This document shows positions 31,684 to 39,604 of a stretch of DNA of 64,000 bases, one piece after another; position 1 is the first letter of the stretch, and every line of letters begins with the position of its first letter. The stretch is from Candidatus Dadabacteria bacterium (GTDB taxonomy: Bacteria > Desulfobacterota_D > UBA1144 > Nemesobacterales > CSP1-2), in assembly GCA_963805855.1 (NCBI GenBank), contig CAWDVW010000007.1, positions 527,972 through 591,971 of the forward strand. The letters are read 5' to 3'. A model generated the notes under the pieces. It was given only the letters and a program-made list of their open reading frames with translations. It was not told the origin of the DNA and searched no databases. The position numbers and the translations under genes are program-made.

Positions 31684-32106
31684 CTACAAACTCAAAGACT
31701 CCAGACCAGATTTCGAATCAATTATATCGGATGTCATTACAACTTGCAAAGCACAACCCGAATACTCTACTGAACTTCCATCCCGCGCCCATGAACCCGA
31801 CCTAATTAAGCCGATCATAGATGGCATAGTCAGAAGGAATAGCAAAATGCGAACTGGTGCTTCAGACAGTTTCGTAATTACGTGAACAGCCATCGCTTCA
31901 ATAGTGCACGAATAAATAACTGGGATAAAAATGACACTCAGCTTATTATTCCCTCTCATCATCAGTTCACTCCTAGAAACAACAGCAAATTTCATACCAA
32001 TATAATATGAACGTCTTCCCAATGTCTTAGCTGGATACGAATCGGCTTTAATCTGCAAACCTAACTTATTCAACTGTTCCAAAGAGTGATAGGTCATATA
32101 GATCAT
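31684..32106 (-). CDS. Hypothetical protein (not recognisable as CcmA or CcmB)
   Basis: 140-aa ORF upstream of ccmC. I recognise no motifs, and it is preceded by short broken reading frames. Confidence 0.3.
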   Translation of the reverse strand: MIYMTYHSLEQLNKLGLQIKADSYPAKTLGRRSYYIGMKFAVVSRSELMMRGNNKLSVIFIPVIYSCTIEAMAVHVITKLSEAPVRILLFLLTMPSMIGLIRSGSWARDGSSVEYSGCALQVVMTSDIIDSKSGLESLSL

Positions 32107-32412
32107 ACCTTTTACTCATAGGAAAGGTTTCTGATATCTTCGAGCTCCATATCAATGATACCCGGGGCCTCAATGGCTTTATCCTCTCCAGTAGTCTGGT
32201 AACCCTTGATGAGAGCTTTATGGAAAATTAGAAGTAGCGGTCGTCAATTTTCTTCTCAAAGTACTCTCCTACTTTTTATGGCTTTGTCAGCCATTAATGT
32301 CAGTTTATTTGACATCTGACAGCTTGACGCCACGCCTGTATCGTAACATACACAAATCATTATAAACATTAGGCCTCCGTTCGATTCGAGTCTATTATAT
32401 TCTATCATAAGA

Positions 32413-32440
32413 ATTCATATATGTCTTGACATATATGAAT
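32413..32440. promoter_or_regulatory. Perfect 13-bp inverted repeat (candidate operator) overlapping the -35 box
   Basis: ATTCATATATGTC-TT-GACATATATGAAT. The two arms are exact reverse complements. Confidence 0.6.
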
Positions 32441-32454
32441 CTGCATTGTATAAT
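32426..32454 (+). promoter_or_regulatory. Consensus sigma-70 promoter
   Basis: TTGACA (32426-32431), exactly 17 nt, then TATAAT (32449-32454), about 60 nt upstream of ORF 32516. Confidence 0.65.
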
Positions 32455-32515
32455 TCGTTCATATCTGCATAAGCGAATATGATATAAGGGAGGGATAAAT
32501 AAGGTGGTACAAATT

Positions 32516-32824
32516 ATGAAAGGTATTGCTGCTGTTATATTTATCGCATTGTTGGCTCCTTACGCCGTTGGTGCAATGCTTATTGCCCTTTTAGGCATGA
32601 TAGTCATTATTGTTTACTTCGGGGTAGAAGCTATCTCAATATCGAAACGACTAGTAATGAAAACCTTTTTCTGCCCCTTTAAAAGAAAGGTTGTGTCAGC
32701 GAAATTCGAGCCCAGTATCTTCACTTTTCGGCAATACGATGATGTTACTCAGTGTTCGGCATTTAATAGCGGCAAAGTCAGATGCAAAAAGAAGTGCTTG
32801 GATCTTCCGCAACTCAGCGCGTAA
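32516..32824 (+). CDS. Small membrane protein with a Cys-containing C-terminal tail, function unknown
   Basis: MKGIAAVIFIALLAPYAVGAMLIALLGMIVIIVYFG (2 TM helices), then ...FFCPF...TQCSAFNSGKVRCKKKC. AGGTGG lies 7 nt before the ATG. An alternative GTG start is at 32504. Confidence 0.5.
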   Translation: MKGIAAVIFIALLAPYAVGAMLIALLGMIVIIVYFGVEAISISKRLVMKTFFCPFKRKVVSAKFEPSIFTFRQYDDVTQCSAFNSGKVRCKKKCLDLPQLSA

Positions 32825-33534
32825 ATGAAGGCGAAAGCACATTGGGCAGTATTGGGGTGGATTTTAAAATAGATTTTTATGATTAATTCGCTCCGCGGAG
32901 GGTATAATCATATCTGAAGGCCACCGATGGATAAGGTCTTAGCATATTTTTTTTGATCACTCGCGCCAGATAACGGTGCCACTTATTTGAGCGACGTAAT
33001 TCCTTTTTCTAGTATATTACACTTACCTGCTTGGCTAATTTCATGACGATCAATCAGCTGTTTCTAGTGTAGAATCGGGAACATTGAATTCGTTAAATCC
33101 GACATAATCTATCTGCCGAGCCTTAATAATACAGCCCATTGCAATAACAATTTTCCCCACGAAGAGGAGGTTTGGATAACGTCTAAGACGAGATGAAATG
33201 AGAATAAAAGGAATTAATTTCACCACCTGTTGTGCTTAGACGTATTTATGTGATTGAAATGTTGGAGTTGTAAAATGTCCTAAAATCTTACACCACAAAG
33301 AAGGAGTTATTGACAAGGAATAAGCCGATCATCTATAAATTTGCCAGAATTTTAACTCGAAAATCCATATTTAATTCTTTTGTCCCAATGCCCAGCCAAA
33401 TCTATGAAGTTCATAGCCAATAACTACAGGAAATCCCTATTCTAACAAACCCACTTTTACCACAATTCTCTTGATATATTTTTAGGTTCCACTTAGATCG
33501 TAACTGCGCTTCTGGAATGAATGAGCCATCTCAT

Positions 33535-33550
33535 TGGCCTTATTTTTGCA
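33535..33550 (+). promoter_or_regulatory. Candidate sigma-54 (-24/-12) promoter upstream of feoB
   Basis: TGGCCTtatttTTGCA with correct GG-N10-GC spacing, 48 nt before the ATG. Confidence 0.4.
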
Positions 33551-33598
33551 CGTATGTCATAAAAATTGAAAATTAATTGTTCATGTGGCGCTCTATAA

Positions 33599-35563
33599 AT
33601 GTTTAGCAAAGCCAAGTCTGAGAACCCCACTCATCCAAAGAAGGCTGCTTTAATCGGAAATCCTAATGTCGGGAAAAGCTTAATTTTTGGTGCCCTTACC
33701 AAAAGATACGTTACCGTTTCAAATTATCCAGGAACAACGGTCGAGATAACCTCGGGAGAGATGAAAATCGGCTCAGAAACGATTTCTCTTATAGACACGC
33801 CCGGGGTTAATAGCCTGACGCCGACGTCGGAAGACGAAAGGGTTGTTAGAAATATTATATTCGAAGATGACATTAACTTTATAATTCAGGTTATAGATGC
33901 AAAAAACCTGGAGAGGGGTCTGTATATAACAATTCAGGTTGCAGAAATGGGACTTCCCTTACTCATAGTTCTTAATATGATGGATGAAGCGCAACAAAGA
34001 GGAGTCGACATTAACATAGCAAATCTCTCTCATAAACTTGGGGTTCCTATCGTTCCGACTGTGGCAATCGAAAGAAAAGGAATAGAAGGAATTAAGAACG
34101 AACTTGTAAATTCGAGTATCCCTCAACTGAGAGTTCCTTACTCTCAAGCCATAGAAGGAATGTTAGCAGAAGTGAAACAAATTCTATCAAACCCTCATTT
34201 CTCAAGATTTATAGGCCTTTCTATCATATCAGGCGACTGCAGAATGGATGAAGACATTATTAACAGAATTCCTAAAGAAAAGCTAGACTCAATTGCTGGA
34301 CTTGATCCTCTCTCCAAGCTCGGCTCAAGGGAATATCCTATAAGCTATTTCATCGGTCTGAAGAGGCTTGAGCTCGCAAAAGAAATCGTTCAGAAGGTAT
34401 CAACTGCCTCTTTTAAATCAGGCAACCGAACCCTGGATCTTTTAGGACGGACATCGACTCATCCTGTATTTGGAATTCCTATATTAATTTTGATACTGTA
34501 CCTCGCATATCTCTTCGTGGGAAAACTGGGGGCAGGAACATTCGTTGATTTCTTGGAGGTAACCGTCTTTGAAGGATATATAAACCCCTTTTTTAAAATA
34601 GTCATACCCAAAATTATTCCCTTCAAGATACTGATTGATTTTCTGGTAGGTGATTTTGGAATAATTACTATGGCGCTGACATACTCACTTGCAATCATTT
34701 TTCCGGTAATCTGCACATTTTTCATCTTTTTTAGTATCCTCGAAGATTCCGGATACCTCCCAAGGCTGGCCATTATGGTTGACAGGGTGTTTAAGTTAAT
34801 GGGGCTAAATGGAAAAGTTGTACTCCCGATGGTACTGGGGCTGGGATGTGACACAATGGCAACCCTTACCACGAGGATGCTCGAGACGAAAAAAGAAAGG
34901 CTAATTGTGATATTTCTTCTGGCTGTAGGAATCCCGTGTTCGGCCCAGCTCGCTGTGGTATTTGCTATGGCCTCTACTCTACCTCCGTGGGGTATTTTCT
35001 TTTGGGGAGTAGAAATTTGTGTTGTTCTTTTCGCAGTTGGCTTCCTCGCTTCTTACTTTGTAAAAGGAGAAAGCCGAGACCTTATTATTGAGGTTCCGCC
35101 CATAAGGATTCCACAAATCGGCAACGTAATCGTTAAGACTATTGCGCGGCTTGAATGGTATTTGAAAGAAGCGGTCCCGCTCTTTATCTTGGGAACGATA
35201 ATACTTTTTGTCTTGGATAGGCTCAAGGTTCTTGGATTTTTACAGAATCTGGCTTCACCGATCGTAGTAAAATTTCTTGACCTTCCTAAAGAGGCCACTA
35301 ATGCCTTTTTAATCGGATTCCTGAGAAGAGACTATGGTGCTGCCGGCCTTTTCGATCTTCAACAGAGTGGATATTTGAGCAGCCATCAGGTTTTGGTAAG
35401 TCTTGTCACGATTACGCTATTTGTCCCCTGTGTTGCCAATTTTCTAATAATTATAAAGGAACAAGGGCTCAGAACCGCCCTTATTATAGTTGGGATAGTT
35501 CTTTTCATAGCCATTATTGTAGGAGGTATGACGAATTGGATACTGTGGAGCCTCGGAATCTAA
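33599..35563 (+). CDS. feoB: Ferrous iron transporter FeoB
   Basis: 654 aa. G-domain motifs GNPNVGKS, DTPG and NMMD, followed by a polytopic membrane domain. Confidence 0.95.
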   Translation: MFSKAKSENPTHPKKAALIGNPNVGKSLIFGALTKRYVTVSNYPGTTVEITSGEMKIGSETISLIDTPGVNSLTPTSEDERVVRNIIFEDDINFIIQVIDAKNLERGLYITIQVAEMGLPLLIVLNMMDEAQQRGVDINIANLSHKLGVPIVPTVAIERKGIEGIKNELVNSSIPQLRVPYSQAIEGMLAEVKQILSNPHFSRFIGLSIISGDCRMDEDIINRIPKEKLDSIAGLDPLSKLGSREYPISYFIGLKRLELAKEIVQKVSTASFKSGNRTLDLLGRTSTHPVFGIPILILILYLAYLFVGKLGAGTFVDFLEVTVFEGYINPFFKIVIPKIIPFKILIDFLVGDFGIITMALTYSLAIIFPVICTFFIFFSILEDSGYLPRLAIMVDRVFKLMGLNGKVVLPMVLGLGCDTMATLTTRMLETKKERLIVIFLLAVGIPCSAQLAVVFAMASTLPPWGIFFWGVEICVVLFAVGFLASYFVKGESRDLIIEVPPIRIPQIGNVIVKTIARLEWYLKEAVPLFILGTIILFVLDRLKVLGFLQNLASPIVVKFLDLPKEATNAFLIGFLRRDYGAAGLFDLQQSGYLSSHQVLVSLVTITLFVPCVANFLIIIKEQGLRTALIIVGIVLFIAIIVGGMTNWILWSLGI

Positions 35564-35748
35564 TCTCCTGCCCGTTGTGTGGAGAGGAATTTCATAGGGA
35601 GGAGGGAACCGAAAAGTGTATAAGTTGCCCTATAAGTATAGGAGACTGCCTGTTGATCTGCTGCCCGAGATGTGGATATTCCTTCCCCCAGGAGTCAAAA
35701 CTTATCCTGTGGCTAAAGAAAATCTTTAAACCAGAGGGAAGAGCATGA
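35536..35748 (+). CDS. Small Cys-rich (zinc-ribbon-like) protein
   Basis: CPLCGEEF...CISCP...CCPRCGYSF. It overlaps the feoB 3' end and shares an ATGA junction with the next gene. The start is uncertain (TTG 35536 or GTG 35545). Confidence 0.5.
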   Translation: MDTVEPRNLISCPLCGEEFHREEGTEKCISCPISIGDCLLICCPRCGYSFPQESKLILWLKKIFKPEGRA

Positions 35749-36401
35749 AATACGATGAAGAAAGCGATGAACTGCTTGAGCTTATCTGGAAGCTCAGGGA
35801 AGAAAGCATCCAAGACGAAGAAACAATCTACAAAAGGTCTTGGAACAAAGACGTGAAAAAAGCTATGACATGTGCTCTGGACGCGAATCTTTTAAGTAAG
35901 AGTGACGGCAAAATCAACCTTACCACAACCGGCGAAGCGAGGGCAAAAATGATAGTCAGGCGCCACCGTCTCGCCGAGAAGCTTCTTAAAGATATACTCC
36001 GGGTAGGGTCCATTGAAATGGACTCTACAGCCTGTGAGCTTGAACATATTCTTGGTCCCGAGGTCACGGAATCTATTTGTGCTTTCCTTGGACATCCCAG
36101 GTTTTGTCCACATGGAAAACCGATTCCTCTAGGAGAATGCTGCGGAATTCTTAAAGAAGAAACTAAGGAATTTGTCGTTCCACTCGCGAAAATAATCCCC
36201 GGAGATAGGGCAAAGATAATCTTTTTGGTACCCAGGCACCATATAAGATTGCATCAACTTACCAACCTGGGAATCATTCCCGGAGCTGAAATCGTCCTTC
36301 ACCAAAAACAACCTGCATATGTATTAAGAGCAGGAGAGACAGATATTGCCATAGATGATGAAATTGCGAGACATATATACGTAAGGAAGGTTTCGACTTA
36401 G
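35745..36401 (+). CDS. DtxR/MntR-family metal-dependent regulator with a C-terminal FeoA/SH3-like domain
   Basis: 218 aa. LTTTGEARAKMIVRRHRLAEKLLKDIL...CELEHILGPEV...FCPHGKPIP, then the FeoA-like VPLAKIIPGDRAKIIFL...LTNLGIIPGAEIVL. Confidence 0.88.
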   Translation: MKYDEESDELLELIWKLREESIQDEETIYKRSWNKDVKKAMTCALDANLLSKSDGKINLTTTGEARAKMIVRRHRLAEKLLKDILRVGSIEMDSTACELEHILGPEVTESICAFLGHPRFCPHGKPIPLGECCGILKEETKEFVVPLAKIIPGDRAKIIFLVPRHHIRLHQLTNLGIIPGAEIVLHQKQPAYVLRAGETDIAIDDEIARHIYVRKVST

Positions 36402-36432
36402 ATCCATTGGCTACCAAATTCTAGAGGAATTT

Positions 36433-36455
36433 GAAAAAACTAACTGAGTTTTTTC
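36433..36455 (+). terminator. Hairpin after the feo operon (possible intrinsic terminator)
   Basis: GAAAAAAC-taactga-GTTTTTTC, an 8-bp stem. The stem is A/U-rich, so it is weak. Confidence 0.3.
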
Positions 36456-36495
36456 GTTTAAAGCATTGTTAGATAAAAAATATGCCGATCTATTA

Positions 36496-36511
36496 TGGCA
36501 CATTTATTGCA
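36496..36511 (+). promoter_or_regulatory. Candidate sigma-54 promoter upstream of the octaheme-FeS-NrfD operon
   Basis: TGGCACatttaTTGCA, a near-perfect match to TGGCAC-N5-TTGCW, 124 nt before the ATG at 36636. Confidence 0.6.
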
Positions 36512-36635
36512 CTAACTTTAAACAAAGGAGCGATTTTCCAACATAAAAATTTTAAAAACGTTGTTACCCGTGAAAAAAATACTACAAGAAAAAGAGGTGG
36601 TAATTATTTTTTCATATCGTGAAACGGAGTAAGGT

Positions 36636-37385
36636 ATGCCTCAACAGATAAAATATCTTCTCGCCCTTTCTATTGTCTTAATTCTCATTTTCCTAATTGC
36701 CCGCCATTTTCTTATGCCCGCAAGTTTTGGGCAATACGGTCATTATCGTGCCGATTCATTACAATCTGCAGTATCCAGGGAAATTAAATATGGCGGGGAA
36801 ACTGCATGCAACGAATGCCATGATGATATATACATTTTAAAAGACAAATCATACCATCGGGGGGTTGCCTGCGAAGTATGCCATGGGCCTGCCTATGCCC
36901 ATACCCAGGACCCGTATGAGTACAAACCCCCTGCACCAAGAAAACGCGCCTATTGTCCGTTGTGTCATGGATATAATCCCACAAGACCCACAGGATTCCC
37001 ACAGATTGACCCTGTAAGACATAATCCCGGTAAGCCCTGCATTTTCTGCCATAATCCCCATGACCCGGTTCCTCCTGTTACGCCCCAGGAATGCGACCCA
37101 TGCCACACGCAAATCGCCCGGACTAAAATTGTCTCACCCCACGCACCCCTACCCTGTACTCGATGCCACGAAGCGAAGGAAGAGCATAAATTAAATCCAA
37201 GGATGGCTTTGCCGGATAAACCGAGGAATAGAGAATTCTGTGGACAGTGCCACGCACAGGAGGCAGAAAGTTCCCCTGAAATTCCGCGTGTGGACATCAA
37301 AACTCATGGCAACGGTTTTTTGTGCTGGGAGTGTCACTATCCCCATTATCCTGAAGCCGGCATAAAGGAGGATGAGAAGCAATGA
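36636..37385 (+). CDS. Membrane-anchored octaheme cytochrome c
   Basis: 249 aa with an N-terminal TM helix. Eight CXXCH motifs: CNECH, CEVCH, CPLCH, CIFCH, CDPCH, CTRCH, CGQCH, CWECH. GGAG RBS. Confidence 0.85.
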   Translation: MPQQIKYLLALSIVLILIFLIARHFLMPASFGQYGHYRADSLQSAVSREIKYGGETACNECHDDIYILKDKSYHRGVACEVCHGPAYAHTQDPYEYKPPAPRKRAYCPLCHGYNPTRPTGFPQIDPVRHNPGKPCIFCHNPHDPVPPVTPQECDPCHTQIARTKIVSPHAPLPCTRCHEAKEEHKLNPRMALPDKPRNREFCGQCHAQEAESSPEIPRVDIKTHGNGFLCWECHYPHYPEAGIKEDEKQ

Positions 37386-38194
37386 ATACTAAAGAGCTTC
37401 TTGATAACGTAACAAATAGGAGGAACTTTCTTAAAAGCCTCCTCATAATTCCCTCCGGGTTTTTTCTTGGCGGTCTTTTTTCTAAAATATTCCCCTTCTT
37501 CAAAAAGGCATCTCGTGAAAACACTTCCACATTGGAAAGTATTTATGGGAAATACAATCCGAAGGAGCACTACTATGCGATGGGTATTGACATCGACAAG
37601 TGCATAGGGTGTGGACGATGTGTAGAGGCGTGCAAGATCGAAAATAATGTTCCTCAGGAACCCTATTTCTTCAGAACCTGGGTGGAAAGATATACTATTA
37701 CAGTCGATGGAGAAACGAGTGTGGATAGTCCTGAAGGTGGAATGCATGGCTTCCCCGAGCCCGTTAGTGAGAAAGAAATCCTTCGCACCTTTTTCGTTCC
37801 AAAGTTATGTAATCAATGTGACAATCCACCCTGTGTGCAGGTCTGTCCTGTTGGAGCCACATACCAGACAATAGATGGAGTTGTCCTTGTTGATAAAGAC
37901 TACTGTATAGGATGTCGTTACTGCATTCAGGCCTGTCCTTATGGAGCGAGATATCTCAATCCTGAGACTAAGACGGCGGACAAATGCACATTTTGTTATC
38001 ACAGAATCGTAAAGGGATTGCAGCCTGCTTGCGTAGAGGTATGTCCCACTGGAGCAAGAACTTTTGGAGAAGTAAAACCACGCAACAATCCCCTTGCGCG
38101 ATTTGTCCGATTCAACAATATTGGTGTCTTAAAGCCCTATCTTAACACAGAACCCAAGGTCTACTATGCTAATCTAGACAAGGAGGTTACCTAG
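37382..38194 (+). CDS. Tat-exported 4x[4Fe-4S] ferredoxin subunit (NrfC/PsrB/DsrO/HybA family)
   Basis: 270 aa. Twin-arginine signal NRRNFLKS and four Cys clusters: CIGCGRCVEAC, CNQCDNPPCVQVCP, CIGCRYCIQACP, CTFCYHR...CVEVCP. Confidence 0.9.
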   Translation: MNTKELLDNVTNRRNFLKSLLIIPSGFFLGGLFSKIFPFFKKASRENTSTLESIYGKYNPKEHYYAMGIDIDKCIGCGRCVEACKIENNVPQEPYFFRTWVERYTITVDGETSVDSPEGGMHGFPEPVSEKEILRTFFVPKLCNQCDNPPCVQVCPVGATYQTIDGVVLVDKDYCIGCRYCIQACPYGARYLNPETKTADKCTFCYHRIVKGLQPACVEVCPTGARTFGEVKPRNNPLARFVRFNNIGVLKPYLNTEPKVYYANLDKEVT

Positions 38195-39397
38195 TTGGAT
38201 CCCTTACTTGAGAGACTTGCCATTTCCCTTAAAGAAGTTACAGGCTTCATCTATCCCAATGAGATTGAGCTCCATTGGAGCATCCTAATTGTTGTTTATC
38301 CCTATCTTACGGGTCTTGTAGCAGGGGCTTTTATTCTGGCTTCACTGGAAAGGGTTTTTAATGTTAAAGAGGTAGAGCCTACTTACCGGCTTTCTCTTCT
38401 CACTGCGCTTGCTTTCCTTATTGTCGCGCCTCTTCCTCTTGTGGCTCATCTAGGACATCCCGAACGGGCCTATGAAATTTTCCTCACACCCAATTTCAAG
38501 TCTGCTATGGCTATGTTTGGCTTTGTATATGGCTGGTATCTATTAGTTGTTCTTCTCGTGGAATTGTGGTTTGAGTACAGGAAGGATATCGTTGTCTGGT
38601 CTAACAAAGAAAGAGGGTTGAAAAGGTTTATTTATCTCATCTTAACCCTTGGGGCTTCAGACCTTTCAGAAAGATCTCTTCAGTTTGACAGAAAGGCTGC
38701 AAAATTTATAACCATCATAGGCATTCCATCCGCTTTCCTCCTTCATGGTTATGTGGGTTTTATCTTCGGCTCTGTGAAGGCGAACCCCTGGTGGAGCAGT
38801 GTGCTTATGCCAGTAGTTTTTTTGTTTTCCGCTATAGTATCGGGGATCGCGCTTGTGATGTTACTCTACATGGTTATTACTCTCTTTCGACGAAAAAGTG
38901 TGGATATGGCCTGTATGGATAAGCTCGCTTCCTTTTTGCTCTATGCAATGATACTGGACTTCTCACTGGAAAACCTTGACTTCATTCACCGCATTTACGA
39001 ATCAGAAGAATCCATAAAAATACTGTACCAGCTTTTAATCAGCAAGCTATTCATCAGTATGGTTGTGATTCAGATGCTGTTAGGAACTATAATTCCAATG
39101 GTCTTATTGGCATGGACAAAGTTGACGCGCCTTCCTGATGAGTTAAGGCGTCTTATCTACTTTGGGAGCGCAATTCTTACCCTGATAGGAATTTTTAGTA
39201 TAAGATGGAATGTGGTTATCGGGGGGCAATTATTTTCCAAGAGCTTAAGAGGGCTTACAACGTACAAAATGGAATTGCTCGGAATTGAAGGACTCTTGGT
39301 GGCGTTATTCTTTCTAACGCTCCCATTTATTATTCTGTACATCCTCGTTGCTCTGTTGCCGCCATGGAAGGAAGCAGAGGTTAAAATTGAAACGTAG
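38195..39397 (+). CDS. NrfD/PsrC-family quinone-interacting integral membrane subunit
   Basis: 400 aa with about 10 TM helices. Lies directly after the FeS subunit. AGGAGG sits 8 nt before the TTG start. Confidence 0.85.
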   Translation: MDPLLERLAISLKEVTGFIYPNEIELHWSILIVVYPYLTGLVAGAFILASLERVFNVKEVEPTYRLSLLTALAFLIVAPLPLVAHLGHPERAYEIFLTPNFKSAMAMFGFVYGWYLLVVLLVELWFEYRKDIVVWSNKERGLKRFIYLILTLGASDLSERSLQFDRKAAKFITIIGIPSAFLLHGYVGFIFGSVKANPWWSSVLMPVVFLFSAIVSGIALVMLLYMVITLFRRKSVDMACMDKLASFLLYAMILDFSLENLDFIHRIYESEESIKILYQLLISKLFISMVVIQMLLGTIIPMVLLAWTKLTRLPDELRRLIYFGSAILTLIGIFSIRWNVVIGGQLFSKSLRGLTTYKMELLGIEGLLVALFFLTLPFIILYILVALLPPWKEAEVKIET

Positions 39398-39604
39398 AAG
39401 TTTTTCAGTTAGGGGCTATAGGAAGCTAAAGATATATCTGAAAAGTGTGACTTAAAAATCCGTTTGATTTCGTAACGAAATGAAAGGATTCAGGTGAAAA
39501 AACATGTATAAATTTCCCGCACGTCTTGGTTTGATGGTCAAAGATACCGGTTGCACCAAGCTATTAGCTGTATGTTAAAGAAAAGGCAACATGTGATACA
39601 AGTT

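Noticed and set aside
32355-32385. tRNA-like T-loop sequence GTTCGATTC
   Set aside because: I could not build a T-stem, an acceptor stem or an anticodon arm around it, so there is no cloverleaf. No tRNA is called anywhere in the window.
33482-33500. DtxR/IdeR-box-like TTAGGTT half-site upstream of feoB
   Set aside because: Only the first 7 nt match the 19-bp TTAGGTTAGCCTAACCTAA consensus (about 11 of 19 overall). The second half is not the inverted repeat.
36784-37747. Cluster of five overlapping minus-strand ORFs opposite the octaheme and FeS genes
   Set aside because: The plus strand encodes eight regularly spaced CXXCH motifs and a Tat-signal FeS protein. The minus-strand ORFs are explained by locally higher G+C, which gives fewer stop codons.
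39500-39540. TGGTCA...TTGCA upstream of the CbcL-like gene as a sigma-54 site
   Set aside because: The spacer between the TGG and TTGC elements is 10 nt instead of 5, so the motif does not fit.
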